Shown here in pieces: positions 45,257 through 54,400 of a stretch of 64,000 nt of DNA. Where the stretch lies: assembly GCA_029288895.1 (NCBI GenBank), contig JARIGK010000001.1, positions 65,446-129,445 of the forward strand, in the 5' to 3' direction. Origin of the DNA: Candidatus Adlerbacteria bacterium. Its GTDB lineage: Bacteria; Patescibacteriota; Minisyncoccia; Phycocordibacterales; SBAW01. Both the position numbers and the translations under genes were made by a program. Under the pieces are notes generated by a model. That model was not told the DNA's origin and made no database searches. It saw nothing but the letters and a program-made list of their open reading frames with translations. Every line of letters begins with the position of its first letter. Position 1 is the stretch's first letter.

Positions 45257-45910
45257 ATGCCTGCAACGACTCCTACCGCTACTGTAACGCTGCCGATCGT
45301 GGGTCTTCCCAAGCTGGCGCCGAAGAATACTGCCACCTGGTGGACCCCGAAGGTTGCGTACAGCCTTCTCGGGGTTCTGGTTTTCCTGGTGTTGGTGGGG
45401 TTCGCGATCTTCATGATCGCACGCTTCACTAACCCGGCAGCGCCGCTGCAGATCACCTGCGCCGACCACACGGTCGCTTCCTCGCAAGGGGAATGCGATG
45501 CGCGTGCGGAGGCCAACCGCCAGAAGGCCGAAGCCGAGCGTCTCCTCCGGGAGAATCGTGAGGCCGAGGCTCGTCGCCAGCAGGAGCGTCGCGATGCGGA
45601 AGCGCAACGCGAAGCGGAACGCCGTGAGGCCGACGCCAAGCGCGAACGAGATCGTCTCCAAGACGAACTCAATCGCGAACGCAATCGGCAGCAGCCCGTG
45701 GTTCAACCCACGGTCTATACTCCGGCGCCGCCGCTCGTGATCCAGCAATCGACACCTGCCCCTTCGTCTCGCCGTTATGCCTACGGGTGCACGGCAGATG
45801 GAACCAGGGTTGTCGGCAGGGGAACCAACCCCTGTGCTTGCACGATCGATGTGGCGGTTGGGCAAAAGTGCCCTGTCATCCGCAACGATCCGAACTATCA
45901 CGGCGGCTAA
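45257..45910 (+). CDS. Membrane protein with an Arg/Glu-rich coiled-coil segment and a Cys-containing C-terminal domain. GC-rich with a canonical Shine-Dalgarno sequence.
   Basis: AAAGGAGA lies 6 nt upstream of the ATG, with a 5' UTR over 100 nt. AEAERLLRENREAEARRQQERRDAEAQREAERREADAKRERDR. Confidence 0.5.
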   Translation: MPATTPTATVTLPIVGLPKLAPKNTATWWTPKVAYSLLGVLVFLVLVGFAIFMIARFTNPAAPLQITCADHTVASSQGECDARAEANRQKAEAERLLRENREAEARRQQERRDAEAQREAERREADAKRERDRLQDELNRERNRQQPVVQPTVYTPAPPLVIQQSTPAPSSRRYAYGCTADGTRVVGRGTNPCACTIDVAVGQKCPVIRNDPNYHGG

Positions 45911-46060
45911 ATGATCTTTGTGGAGCGAGTGCAGTTTGGCACTCGCTCCCAGAGGGGTAAGAGTACTTTATAGAGTTTGTGCGTGACTTGTGTCTTGCGA
46001 ACTTCGGTTCGCGGACATTATGACCTGCACAAGGTCCAATTAATAAATAAAAGAATAAGT

Positions 46061-47089
46061 ATGACGAATACAAACAACATTTCAACTGCACGCCGCGCAC
46101 TTTTCGGCTCTTTCGCTATGCTTGTAGTCGCATCAATGTTCTCATTGGGGTTTGTGCACACTGCCCATGCCCAGGAAGACGGCGTCATCGGCTCATACGA
46201 TACTGATGGAAGTATCGGATCCTACGATACTGGGAGTATTGGATCGTACGCCCCTAATGGCACTATCGGTACTTATACAGACGGTGTAGTGGGGACATAC
46301 AACAATAACGTTGATGGTGTCGTTGGTACTTATTCTTCCAATGTTGATGGAGCTATCGGTACTTATGTCGATGGTGTAGTGGGGACATACAACAATAACG
46401 TTGATGGCGTTATTGGGACATATACTTCAGCCCCAACAACGTATGTTTCCGGTGGCTACGCTGGTTCCTACTATCCCGCATACTACGGTTACGGTGGTTA
46501 CTACGGCGGTGGTTCGTACTACGGCTCGACATATTACGGAACTTCGTACTACCCAACCTACACGCCTAACTACGGCACAAACACGTACAACAGCAGCACG
46601 ACCTATGTCTCGAACGGTTACGCTTCTAGCGGCTCGTCTGGCAGCAGCGTTATCTACAGCGGCTCGACGTATTCATACCCTGTCATCACCGGTGTGTACC
46701 CGGTCGCAATGGCAGGCGGCCCGTCAGTGAGCCTCTCGGCAATTCCGTACACTGGCCTCGACCTTGGCGTAGGCGGCACGATCGCATATTGGTCATTCCT
46801 TATCCTCTGGTGCCTCTTTGCGGCATACCTCATCACCGTCAAGCGCGTGCATAACAAACTTATAACGATGCTCTTCGGCGAAAAGGATGCGCACGTGGCT
46901 GTCGCAGCGCACCAGGTGCACGAAGCAGTTGCTCACAAAGAGCAGGCACACGCGGGCCATGGGCACGATACACACGGCGCGTCGCACGCAAAACCTCACG
47001 CTCACGCACCAGTTGCAGCAGCTACCCAGGTAATCGACCCAATCGACCCCTTCATCCAATCGCAGATTGCGAACCGTACCGAAAAGTAA
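46061..47089 (+). CDS. Secreted low-complexity surface protein, probable sortase substrate 1. DG[VA][IV]GTY repeats, Gly/Tyr-rich, C-terminal IPYTGLDLG-TM-KRVH...LFGE module plus a His-rich tail.
   Basis: Signal peptide, about 11 DGxxGTY repeats, then SAIPYTGLDLGVGGTIAYWSFLILWCLFAAYLITVKRVHNKLITMLFGE and HVAVAAHQVHEAVAHKEQAHAGHGHDTHGASHAKPHAHA. Confidence 0.6.
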   Translation: MTNTNNISTARRALFGSFAMLVVASMFSLGFVHTAHAQEDGVIGSYDTDGSIGSYDTGSIGSYAPNGTIGTYTDGVVGTYNNNVDGVVGTYSSNVDGAIGTYVDGVVGTYNNNVDGVIGTYTSAPTTYVSGGYAGSYYPAYYGYGGYYGGGSYYGSTYYGTSYYPTYTPNYGTNTYNSSTTYVSNGYASSGSSGSSVIYSGSTYSYPVITGVYPVAMAGGPSVSLSAIPYTGLDLGVGGTIAYWSFLILWCLFAAYLITVKRVHNKLITMLFGEKDAHVAVAAHQVHEAVAHKEQAHAGHGHDTHGASHAKPHAHAPVAAATQVIDPIDPFIQSQIANRTEK

Positions 47090-47109
47090 ATACGGTACTA
47101 TAGAACAGA

Positions 47110-47790
47110 TTGACACGGCGCCCTCAACGGCGTAGGTTGTCCGCAGACGATATGGCTGCACAAAAAGGTATAGTCAATGAAATAGGAGAACGACGCGGCG
47201 CTTTTGCGGCCGCGTTTGTCGTGATTTTTGTCGCGATGGTTGTCTTTCTTGGGAGTGTTGATGCGCTGCCAAATCCTATCCACCCGTCGGTCTCTGAGGA
47301 GCCGGGCGTGAGTGGGGAAGTGCGCCAGACAGCATCCAGCACGCCGCAAGCGCCTGTGCGCATTGTTGCGCGCGACATTAGCCTCGATGCGACGGTTTCA
47401 AACCCGACATCAGTCGACGTTGATGTACTCGACCAAGCACTGCTTACAGGCGCGGTGCGCTACCCAACATCGGCACTCTTGGGTGTCGACGGTACGCTGC
47501 TTATGTTTGGCCACAGCAGTTACTTGCCCGTGGTGCACAACCAGGCGTACAAGACCTTCGACGATATACAAAAATTGAAGACGGGTTCTATCGTAAGTGT
47601 CTATTCATCCGACACGCGCTACGATTACAGTGTTGTGGATGTCCGTGTTGCAAACGCAAACGAAGACTCTATTACGCTCGACCCAGTGGGCAAGCATCTG
47701 ACGCTTGTCACCTGCGACTCGTTCGCCTCCAAGAGCAATCGTTTCATTGTCGTCGCCGATTTTGTTGGGGCCTACAGCCTCGTTCATTAA
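47110..47790 (+). CDS. Sortase-family transpeptidase, membrane-anchored.
   Basis: N-terminal TM segment. Catalytic His (LLMFGHSSY), TLxTC Cys motif (HLTLVTCDSF) and a downstream Arg (SNRFIVVADF) at sortase-typical spacing. Confidence 0.75.
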   Translation: MTRRPQRRRLSADDMAAQKGIVNEIGERRGAFAAAFVVIFVAMVVFLGSVDALPNPIHPSVSEEPGVSGEVRQTASSTPQAPVRIVARDISLDATVSNPTSVDVDVLDQALLTGAVRYPTSALLGVDGTLLMFGHSSYLPVVHNQAYKTFDDIQKLKTGSIVSVYSSDTRYDYSVVDVRVANANEDSITLDPVGKHLTLVTCDSFASKSNRFIVVADFVGAYSLVH

Positions 47791-47911
47791 AGCTTCATCT
47801 GCTCCACGGTACGTTTCTGTGAGTCCATCATTGAGAATCTCCCTCAGAGGTTTTTAGTGATGCTCTCGCAATCGCGGGAGTGTTCGCAACCACATACAGG
47901 GGAGACCCTCG

Positions 47912-48430
47912 ATGTATAAGTTCTTTTCGGTCTTTGCTCTCCTGCTTGGTATTTCGGTACCTTGTGTGGCGAGCGCTCAGGCGGTCGACTGCAGTTTGCC
48001 TGCGTTCATGTACTCCGAGTCATGTCGGATGCATGGTCGTACGGCTCATGGGCCTATACCCTACAAGCTGCCGATGATCTGCACCATTATTCGCATCGCT
48101 CAGCCGGTGCGAAAGGTGACGTTCGTCGTTCGGGATGCTGCCGGCAACGTCCTCAACCCGCCCGAGGTGGAAACTCAGCACACGTCCGATAAAAAGGACC
48201 ATGAAGTGTTCTGTGTTGGCCGCCACTGGTGGGAGAAAGCTCGGGACACCGGAGGCACCGTTGAGTTCTGTATCGAACCTGAGCCCGAGCGTGGCCTCGT
48301 TGAGAATTTCCACCGCAAGCGTTGGACATTCCGCACCTTCGAGGTCACCGAGCGTCTCAAGTATGGTGAGCGAGATTATGGAGCAATGGCAAAATATTAC
48401 GCCGCTCTTAAGACACCGTTCCCCAAGTAG
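47912..48430 (+). CDS. Secreted hypothetical protein (172 aa) with a signal peptide and 8 Cys.
   Basis: MYKFFSVFALLLGISVPCVASAQA signal peptide. Lies between the sortase and substrate 2. Confidence 0.45.
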   Translation: MYKFFSVFALLLGISVPCVASAQAVDCSLPAFMYSESCRMHGRTAHGPIPYKLPMICTIIRIAQPVRKVTFVVRDAAGNVLNPPEVETQHTSDKKDHEVFCVGRHWWEKARDTGGTVEFCIEPEPERGLVENFHRKRWTFRTFEVTERLKYGERDYGAMAKYYAALKTPFPK

Positions 48431-48498
48431 TCTGTGGAACCTGCGAGCGCATTTGAGCGCTCGCAGGACCACATTTTTTCTGAACATATAAACACCTT

Positions 48499-49380
48499 AT
48501 GACAAAAGCACACACAACCGCATCCATTTTTAAGACACTGATCGTGCCGCTTTTTGTCGCGCTGTATTTTATTGGTGGTGTTTCGTTTGCGATGCATCGC
48601 GCAGCATTCAACTCATTTTTTGATATTCATATTGCACACGCAGAAGGTGACGGCGGCGGCGACGGCGGAGGCGGTGATGGTGGTGGCGACGGTGGAGGTG
48701 GTGGTGACGGAGGTGGTAGCTCAGGTGACGCAGGAGGCAGCTCTGGCGGCGGCTCTGCTGGTGATGGCACTGGTGATGGTGAAGGTGATGCCGGAGTTGG
48801 CGATAGCGATGGGTGCTGCGGCCCGTCAGGCCCAGATGCGCCATCTGCTCCAGATTCACCAGCATCACCTTCTTCACCAGGGCCCGGTCCTGGTTCGGGC
48901 GATGGCGGCGGCGATTATATATTCCCGCCGACTCCTCCAGCGCCTGGTTGCACCACAAATTGCAATCCGGTCCCTCCTGTTTGCCCAGCAGGCACTACAG
49001 GCACATATCCAAACTGCACAACGCCGCCTGGTGGCTGCACTACAAACTGCAACCCACCTCCGCCGCCGGGTTGTACAACAAACTGCAATCCAACGCCTCC
49101 GCCCCCGCCTCCCGGCGGTGGAGGGTGCAGCTTTGGCTGCGGTGGTGGCGGTGGTTCATTTGCCTACAATTACTATCCGCCAACACTGAGTTACTACGCG
49201 ATCCCGCAAGTTACTCTTACGCAAGTGCCATACACCGGCCTTGATATGGGGCCACTTGCAACAGCGCTCTACTGGCTCTTCCTTGGCGTGTGGACGCTGC
49301 TTGGCGCTTACATGATCATCATCAAGCGCATGCATACAACTATTGCACAGAGAATGAACACCTTACTGTTCGGCGAATAA
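48499..49380 (+). CDS. Secreted low-complexity protein, probable sortase substrate 2. Gly/Asp-rich, Pro-rich, with GCTTNCNP repeats and a C-terminal VPYTGLDMG-TM-KRMH...LLFGE module.
   Basis: GDGGGDGGGG... region. Three GCTTNCNP(P) repeats. C-terminus QVPYTGLDMGPLATALYWLFLGVWTLLGAYMIIIKRMHTTIAQRMNTLLFGE. Confidence 0.6.
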   Translation: MTKAHTTASIFKTLIVPLFVALYFIGGVSFAMHRAAFNSFFDIHIAHAEGDGGGDGGGGDGGGDGGGGGDGGGSSGDAGGSSGGGSAGDGTGDGEGDAGVGDSDGCCGPSGPDAPSAPDSPASPSSPGPGPGSGDGGGDYIFPPTPPAPGCTTNCNPVPPVCPAGTTGTYPNCTTPPGGCTTNCNPPPPPGCTTNCNPTPPPPPPGGGGCSFGCGGGGGSFAYNYYPPTLSYYAIPQVTLTQVPYTGLDMGPLATALYWLFLGVWTLLGAYMIIIKRMHTTIAQRMNTLLFGE

Positions 49381-49390
49381 AAACACATAC

Positions 49391-49428
49391 GAAAAACCCC
49401 TCGAGAATCTCGAGGGGTTTTTTGTTTT
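49391..49428. terminator. Bidirectional rho-independent terminator between substrate 2 and thrS.
   Basis: GAAAAA-CCCCTCGAG-AAT-CTCGAGGGG-TTTTTTGTTTT. Confidence 0.8.
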
Positions 49429-50641
49429 ATATATTCGCGCGTTCACGGATGCGTTCGAGCATTGGCTCTACAAATTCATTCAGTGAGACAGTTTGTTTAT
49501 CGCCATTGCGATTATTTTCAACAGTCACTGTTTGGTCGGCAACTTCTTTGTCGCCCACAACAATGGTGCAGGGGATCTTGCCTGTCTTTGCTTCGCGGAT
49601 GCGTTTGCCAAGCGAGTCGTCGGCCAACATCTGCACGCGGACGCCGCGGCCCTTCAATGTACTAACGATGCTTTGTGCGTATGCGTTATGTGCTTCACCC
49701 ACGGGGAGCACGGCAACCTGCACAGGCGAGAGCCAGAGGGGGAGTGCGCCGTCGAAGTGCTCGAGCAAGATAGCAGCGCAGCGCTCAAGCGAGCCTGCGA
49801 TAGCCGCATGGATCATCACGATACGTTCCTTCTGGCCTTGTTCGTTGATGCAGGTCAAATCAAAACGTTCAGGGATGTTCATGTCGAGCTGAATCGTTGC
49901 AACTTGCCACTCGCGGCCTGCCGAGTTCTTTGCCATAAAGTCGAGCTTCGGGCCGTACAGCGCCGCTTCACCCGGACCTTCAAAGGTGTCTGCACCGCGC
50001 TCTTCTGCCAAGCTGCGCAACTCGCCTTCTGCAGTATCCCAAATGGCCGGTGTGCCGATGTATTTCTCTGGCGTTGCCGGGTCGCGGAACGAAAGGCGCA
50101 CGCGCAAGGTAAAGCCAAACTTTTTGTAGAAGGTGTCGATGATATCCCAGATCTTCAAGAACTCTTCGCGTACTTGGGTGGTGCGGCAAAAGACGTGCGC
50201 GTCATCTTGGGTAATTGAAAGCACGCGTGTGAGGCCGCCCAATTCACCCGACTGCTCGTCGCGATACACCATCGTTGTTTCTGCGTAGCGTTGCGGCATC
50301 TCGCGATAGCTGTGCGGTTTGCGGTCGAAGATCTGCGTGTGGTGCGGGCAGTTCATCGGCTTCATCGCATACTCGCGGCCTTCGCGCGAGGTAATTTTGA
50401 AGAGATCTTCAGCAAATTTTTCCCAGTGGCCAGAGGTGACATAGAGTTCTTTTTTTGTGATATGGGGGATGGTTACCTTTTCGTAGCCGCGCGCTTCGCG
50501 CATCTCCCAAATAAATTTATCGAGCTCGTTGCGGAAAATAGTCCCTTTAGGGGTCCACAGTGGGAGCCCAGGGCCTACCAATTCTGAAAATGTAAACAGG
50601 TCCTGCTCTTTGCCAATGACGCGATGATCTCGTTCTTCCAT
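49427..50641 (-). CDS. thrS: Threonine-tRNA ligase, catalytic core plus anticodon-binding domain only (404 aa; no N-terminal TGS or editing domains).
   Basis: Class II motifs (FRNELDKF motif 1, YAMKPMNCPHH, GTIQLD-like motif 3) and a C-terminal anticodon-binding domain. Preceded by a T-box leader. Confidence 0.85.
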   Translation of the reverse strand: MEERDHRVIGKEQDLFTFSELVGPGLPLWTPKGTIFRNELDKFIWEMREARGYEKVTIPHITKKELYVTSGHWEKFAEDLFKITSREGREYAMKPMNCPHHTQIFDRKPHSYREMPQRYAETTMVYRDEQSGELGGLTRVLSITQDDAHVFCRTTQVREEFLKIWDIIDTFYKKFGFTLRVRLSFRDPATPEKYIGTPAIWDTAEGELRSLAEERGADTFEGPGEAALYGPKLDFMAKNSAGREWQVATIQLDMNIPERFDLTCINEQGQKERIVMIHAAIAGSLERCAAILLEHFDGALPLWLSPVQVAVLPVGEAHNAYAQSIVSTLKGRGVRVQMLADDSLGKRIREAKTGKIPCTIVVGDKEVADQTVTVENNRNGDKQTVSLNEFVEPMLERIRERANI

Positions 50642-50830
50642 ATAATTTTTATGTAGTAGTAAATAAAATCACCCTAGTGAAAACACGAGTGCTCGTGTAC
50701 TCACTAGGGCGATCTCACTGCTGACCGCGGTTCCACCTAGTTTCCCCGTATGGGGCACTTTAGTATCGGATTAGGCTCTCGCTCCCATCTGGGACTTCGG
50801 GTGGTAGCCGAAGCAATTTCCGTTTGTCTA
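50642..50830 (-). ncRNA. T-box riboswitch leader upstream of thrS (candidate).
   Basis: Minus strand contains AAACTAGGTGGAACCGCGG, matching the T-box consensus AAnUAGGGUGGnACCGCG. The UGGA bulge is complementary to the UCCA 3' end of the tRNA-Thr found in this window. A 10-bp terminator stem GCCCTAGTGA...TCACTAGGGT is followed by GATTTTATTT. An AGAGA-like GAGAG element and ACC/ACU codons lie in the 5' stem region. An upstream TTGACA-16-TACGAT promoter is present. Confidence 0.6.
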
Positions 50831-50860
50831 TCGTATCGTGCATAGAAAGGATGTCAATAA

Positions 50861-50884
50861 AGAAAAAGCGGCCTTAATGGCCGC
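50861..50884 (-). terminator. Rho-independent terminator (minus strand) for 50891..51409.
   Basis: GCGGCC-TTAAT-GGCCGC followed by a T-run on the minus strand. Confidence 0.6.
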
Positions 50885-50890
50885 GTTCGC

Positions 50891-51409
50891 TTAAGATTTC
50901 TTTTTGCGAGAGGTTTTCCTCTTGGGCAAAGCATTTTCTTGCATGCGCTTGAGGCCTTTGGTAAACGCCTCGTACATGTTCTTCTCTGAAGCTTCAAGCC
51001 CTGCTCGACGCATCAAATAGGCGATGGCCGGCTGCTGCATGTTGCCGATAGGCTTTTTGCCACCAGCAAAAGCATCCAATGCTCCTGGGATGTTATACAG
51101 ATGCTTGTTGATCATGTTCGCAACAGGGTCGCGATGCACGACAGTCGACACGCCGAGAGAGGTCACAAAGTGCTGTTCACGCGCACCTGAGCCGCTGTTT
51201 GCAGACTCGCGCAACTGCCCTATCACGTCTTTGACCGCTTTGCGATCCTTGGCGGTCACGGACTTCGGGGCTTTTTCCAGAGCCTCGATTGCCCGTGCAT
51301 ACAAAGGGAACTCCGTACGGTTTTCCCACGTAGCGAGCGAGAGATGAGGAGGTTTGGGAATTGGTTTCCTGAGATCTTTTACGTGTTGTTCAAGTCCTGC
51401 AACGTCCAT
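50891..51409 (-). CDS. Hypothetical protein (172 aa) with a basic C-terminal tail.
   Basis: ORF bounded by a terminator. No recognisable motif. Confidence 0.4.
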   Translation of the reverse strand: MDVAGLEQHVKDLRKPIPKPPHLSLATWENRTEFPLYARAIEALEKAPKSVTAKDRKAVKDVIGQLRESANSGSGAREQHFVTSLGVSTVVHRDPVANMINKHLYNIPGALDAFAGGKKPIGNMQQPAIAYLMRRAGLEASEKNMYEAFTKGLKRMQENALPKRKTSRKKKS

Positions 51410-51457
51410 GATTAGCCTCCACAGCTAGAATTCAAGAACTTTTGTACTATAAATATC

Positions 51458-54400
51458 CTACAAAGCTTTCAGTGCTTCGGCAACCAGCGAAAGTTCGCCG
51501 TTGCGGTTGGAGAGTCGGCCTTTGAGCGCGATGCAGGTTTCGGGTTTGATGATGTCTTTGTGCTCGACAAAGTTTTTGGGGAAGACGACGGCCTCAATAG
51601 AGCCGTCGAAGTCGGAGAGTTTGATAAACGCCATCTGGTCGCCGCCGCGAGTGAGGATAGTACGTACGTCTTCTATCATGCCGGCGGCAACCGCGGTTTG
51701 GCCTGGCATAATGCGCTGCTTCATCTGGCCGATGGTCATCGGGCGCTTCGACAATTTTTCGCGGAAGCGGTCGAGCGGGTGGCCCGACACGTAGAGGCCA
51801 AGCAACTCTTTTTCCCACGCCAATTTTTCTTGCTGTGATGCTTCGGGCGCTGGAGATAATGTGATGCCGCCCGTGCTTTCTGCCATGCCGGCAAAGAGCG
51901 AGTCTTGTGCTTGCTCGGCGCCTGCGTCGCGTTGGAATTGCAGCATCAACTCCAAGTTCGCCATCATCTGCCCGCGCTCACCAAACGAGTCGAGCGCACC
52001 GCACTGGATCAGCGACTCGAGACCCTTTTTGTTCATTGTGCTGCCGGCAGTGCGTTTCAAAAAGTCAGAAAGGGAAGTAAACGGCCCGTTTGCTTTGCGC
52101 TCGGCAATCAATGCGTCCGCAACGCCTTGGCCAAAGTTTTTGATTGAGTAGAGACCGAAGCGAATTGCATCGCCTTTCAAATCGCCCGCAAGCGACGCTG
52201 CTTTTGCGCTACGCTCCTCATTGTTTGAGCCAAGCAAGGCGGTAAATGTACCGAAGCTTTCGTTCACGTCGGGCGGCAACACCTCGATACCCATGCGCTT
52301 ACATTCAGCAACAAGTATCGATACTTTGTCGACGTCGCCGGCGTCTGCTGTGAGCGCAGCCGAGAGATATTCCACTCCGTAGTTGGCTTTCAGATACGCG
52401 GTTTGGTACGAGACGCGGCCGTAGCTCGCCGAGTGCGCTTTATTAAAGCCGTATGCGGCGAATGGTTCGATCCAGGCCCAGACACGTTCTGCCTTCGCGC
52501 GCGGCCACCCCGACGTGGTGACGCAGCCTTCAATAAATTTCTCTTTCTGCTTCTGCATTTCTTCCGGGATTTTTTTACCGACGGCTTTGCGGAATTTGTC
52601 CACCTCGCCCCAGCTGTAACCCGCGAGTTGGTTTGCCATCATGAGCAAGTCGTCTTGGTACACCAAAATGCCGTAGGTCTGTTTTAAGATCGGCTCCATC
52701 GCTGGGTCTAAGTACGAAATCAAGTTCGGGTTGTGTTTGCGTTCGATATAGTTCGGGATAAATTGCATCGGCCCCGGGCGGTAGAGCGCCACCATTGCGT
52801 TGATGTCGTGGATAGTCGAGGGGCGGAGTTCTTTCAGCGCACGCGTCATGCCGCCACCGTTTAACTGGAAGGTTGCTTCAGTCTCACCGCGTGCGAGCAT
52901 TTCGAATGTTTTGGTGTCGTCGAGCGGTATCGTTTCAATATCGAGCTCTTTGCCGCGTGTCGTTTTAATAAGTTCGACGGCGTCGGCCAGCATCGTGAGG
53001 TTTTTGATACCAAGGAAGTCGAACTTGGTGAGGCCCACGCCGTCTTCGCCCACGCTGTACATGTCGTACTGCGTAATCAGCTTGCCGCCCTTGGGGTCTT
53101 TTTGGAGCGGCGCATATTCGACGAGTGGTTTGGGTGCGATAACGACGCCCGCGGCATGCACACCGACGTGGCGCGCGCAGCCTTCAATTATCTTTCCCAA
53201 GTCGATGATTTCTTTGGTCTCTGGTTCTTTCTTGTACATCTCGCCGAGCGCGGGGTTTTCCACGAGTGCGCGCTCAAGTGTCATGGGGAAGCCTTGTGAG
53301 CCCATCGGGATTTCTTTTGCGATGCGGTCGCCCAAGCCGTAGGGCTGGCCAAGCGCGCGGGCGACGTCGCGCACTACGCCGCGGGCAAGCATCGTACCGA
53401 AGGTGCCGATTTGGGCCACATGGTCGTCGCCATATTTTTTGCGCGCGTACTCAATCACCTCGTCGCGTCTATTGTCGGCGAAGTCCATGTCGATATCTGG
53501 CGCTGAGGGGCGCTCGGGGTTCAAGAAGCGCTCGAATGGGATCTTGTATTCAAGAGGGTCAATCTTGGTGATCTGCAACAAGTAGGTCGTCATTGAACCG
53601 GCGACCGAACCGCGGATGTTGGTGTAGATATTGTTCTCGCGCGCAAAGCGGATCAAATCTTCCACCACCAAAAAGTACGCGGCATAGCCCTTAAATTTAA
53701 TGATGCCAAGTTCGTAGTCGAGACGCTCGAGCACATCCTCACGGCCCTCGAGCCCGCGGGCTTTTAAACCTCTCATGCACAACTCGCGCAACAGGTCGTC
53801 TCCGGTTTTGCCCGGGGGAAGCGGGAATTCGGGGAAGATAAATTTACCGATGGTGAGTTCGACATTGCAGCGCTCGGCAATCGCCACTGTTTGTGCGAGC
53901 GCCTCTTTGCCAAACGTCGATTCCATCTCGCCGCCCGAAGGGAAGTAGTGTTCGACATCGTCGTCAGCCAAGCCGCCGTCATCGCCACCGCGGTTTTCGA
54001 TAGCGCGCATTACGTCCCACGCGCGCGCATCAGATGGCTCGAGATAAAAAATCTCCCACAGTGCTGCGTCAGTGTAGACATTCCCTTTACCAAATATCTT
54101 TTCTACTTCTGCTGAACGCTCGCCGCGGATGGTGGGCACGACAGCAATCAGCCCGTCTCTATGTTTCTTAATCAGTTCAAGCGAATAGACACCTTCGTGC
54201 TCGACTTGTACTTCAGTAACCAGTTTGAGCAAGCTCTGGTAGCCGGTGTTGTTCTCGCAGAGTAGGAGCAAACGCGACGCTTCAAGCGGCACTTCGATGC
54301 CGATGATCGGTTTGATGTCGTTATCGACGCATTCTTTATAAAAATCGATGGCGCCATAGAGGTTGCCGATGTCTGTCAGTGCCAGCGCCTCCAAACCCTC

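Noticed and set aside
45695-45715. GTGGTTCAACCCACGG palindrome with a tRNA-like TTCAACC motif inside 45257..45910.
   Set aside because: It lies within a coding region. No acceptor or anticodon arms can be folded around it.
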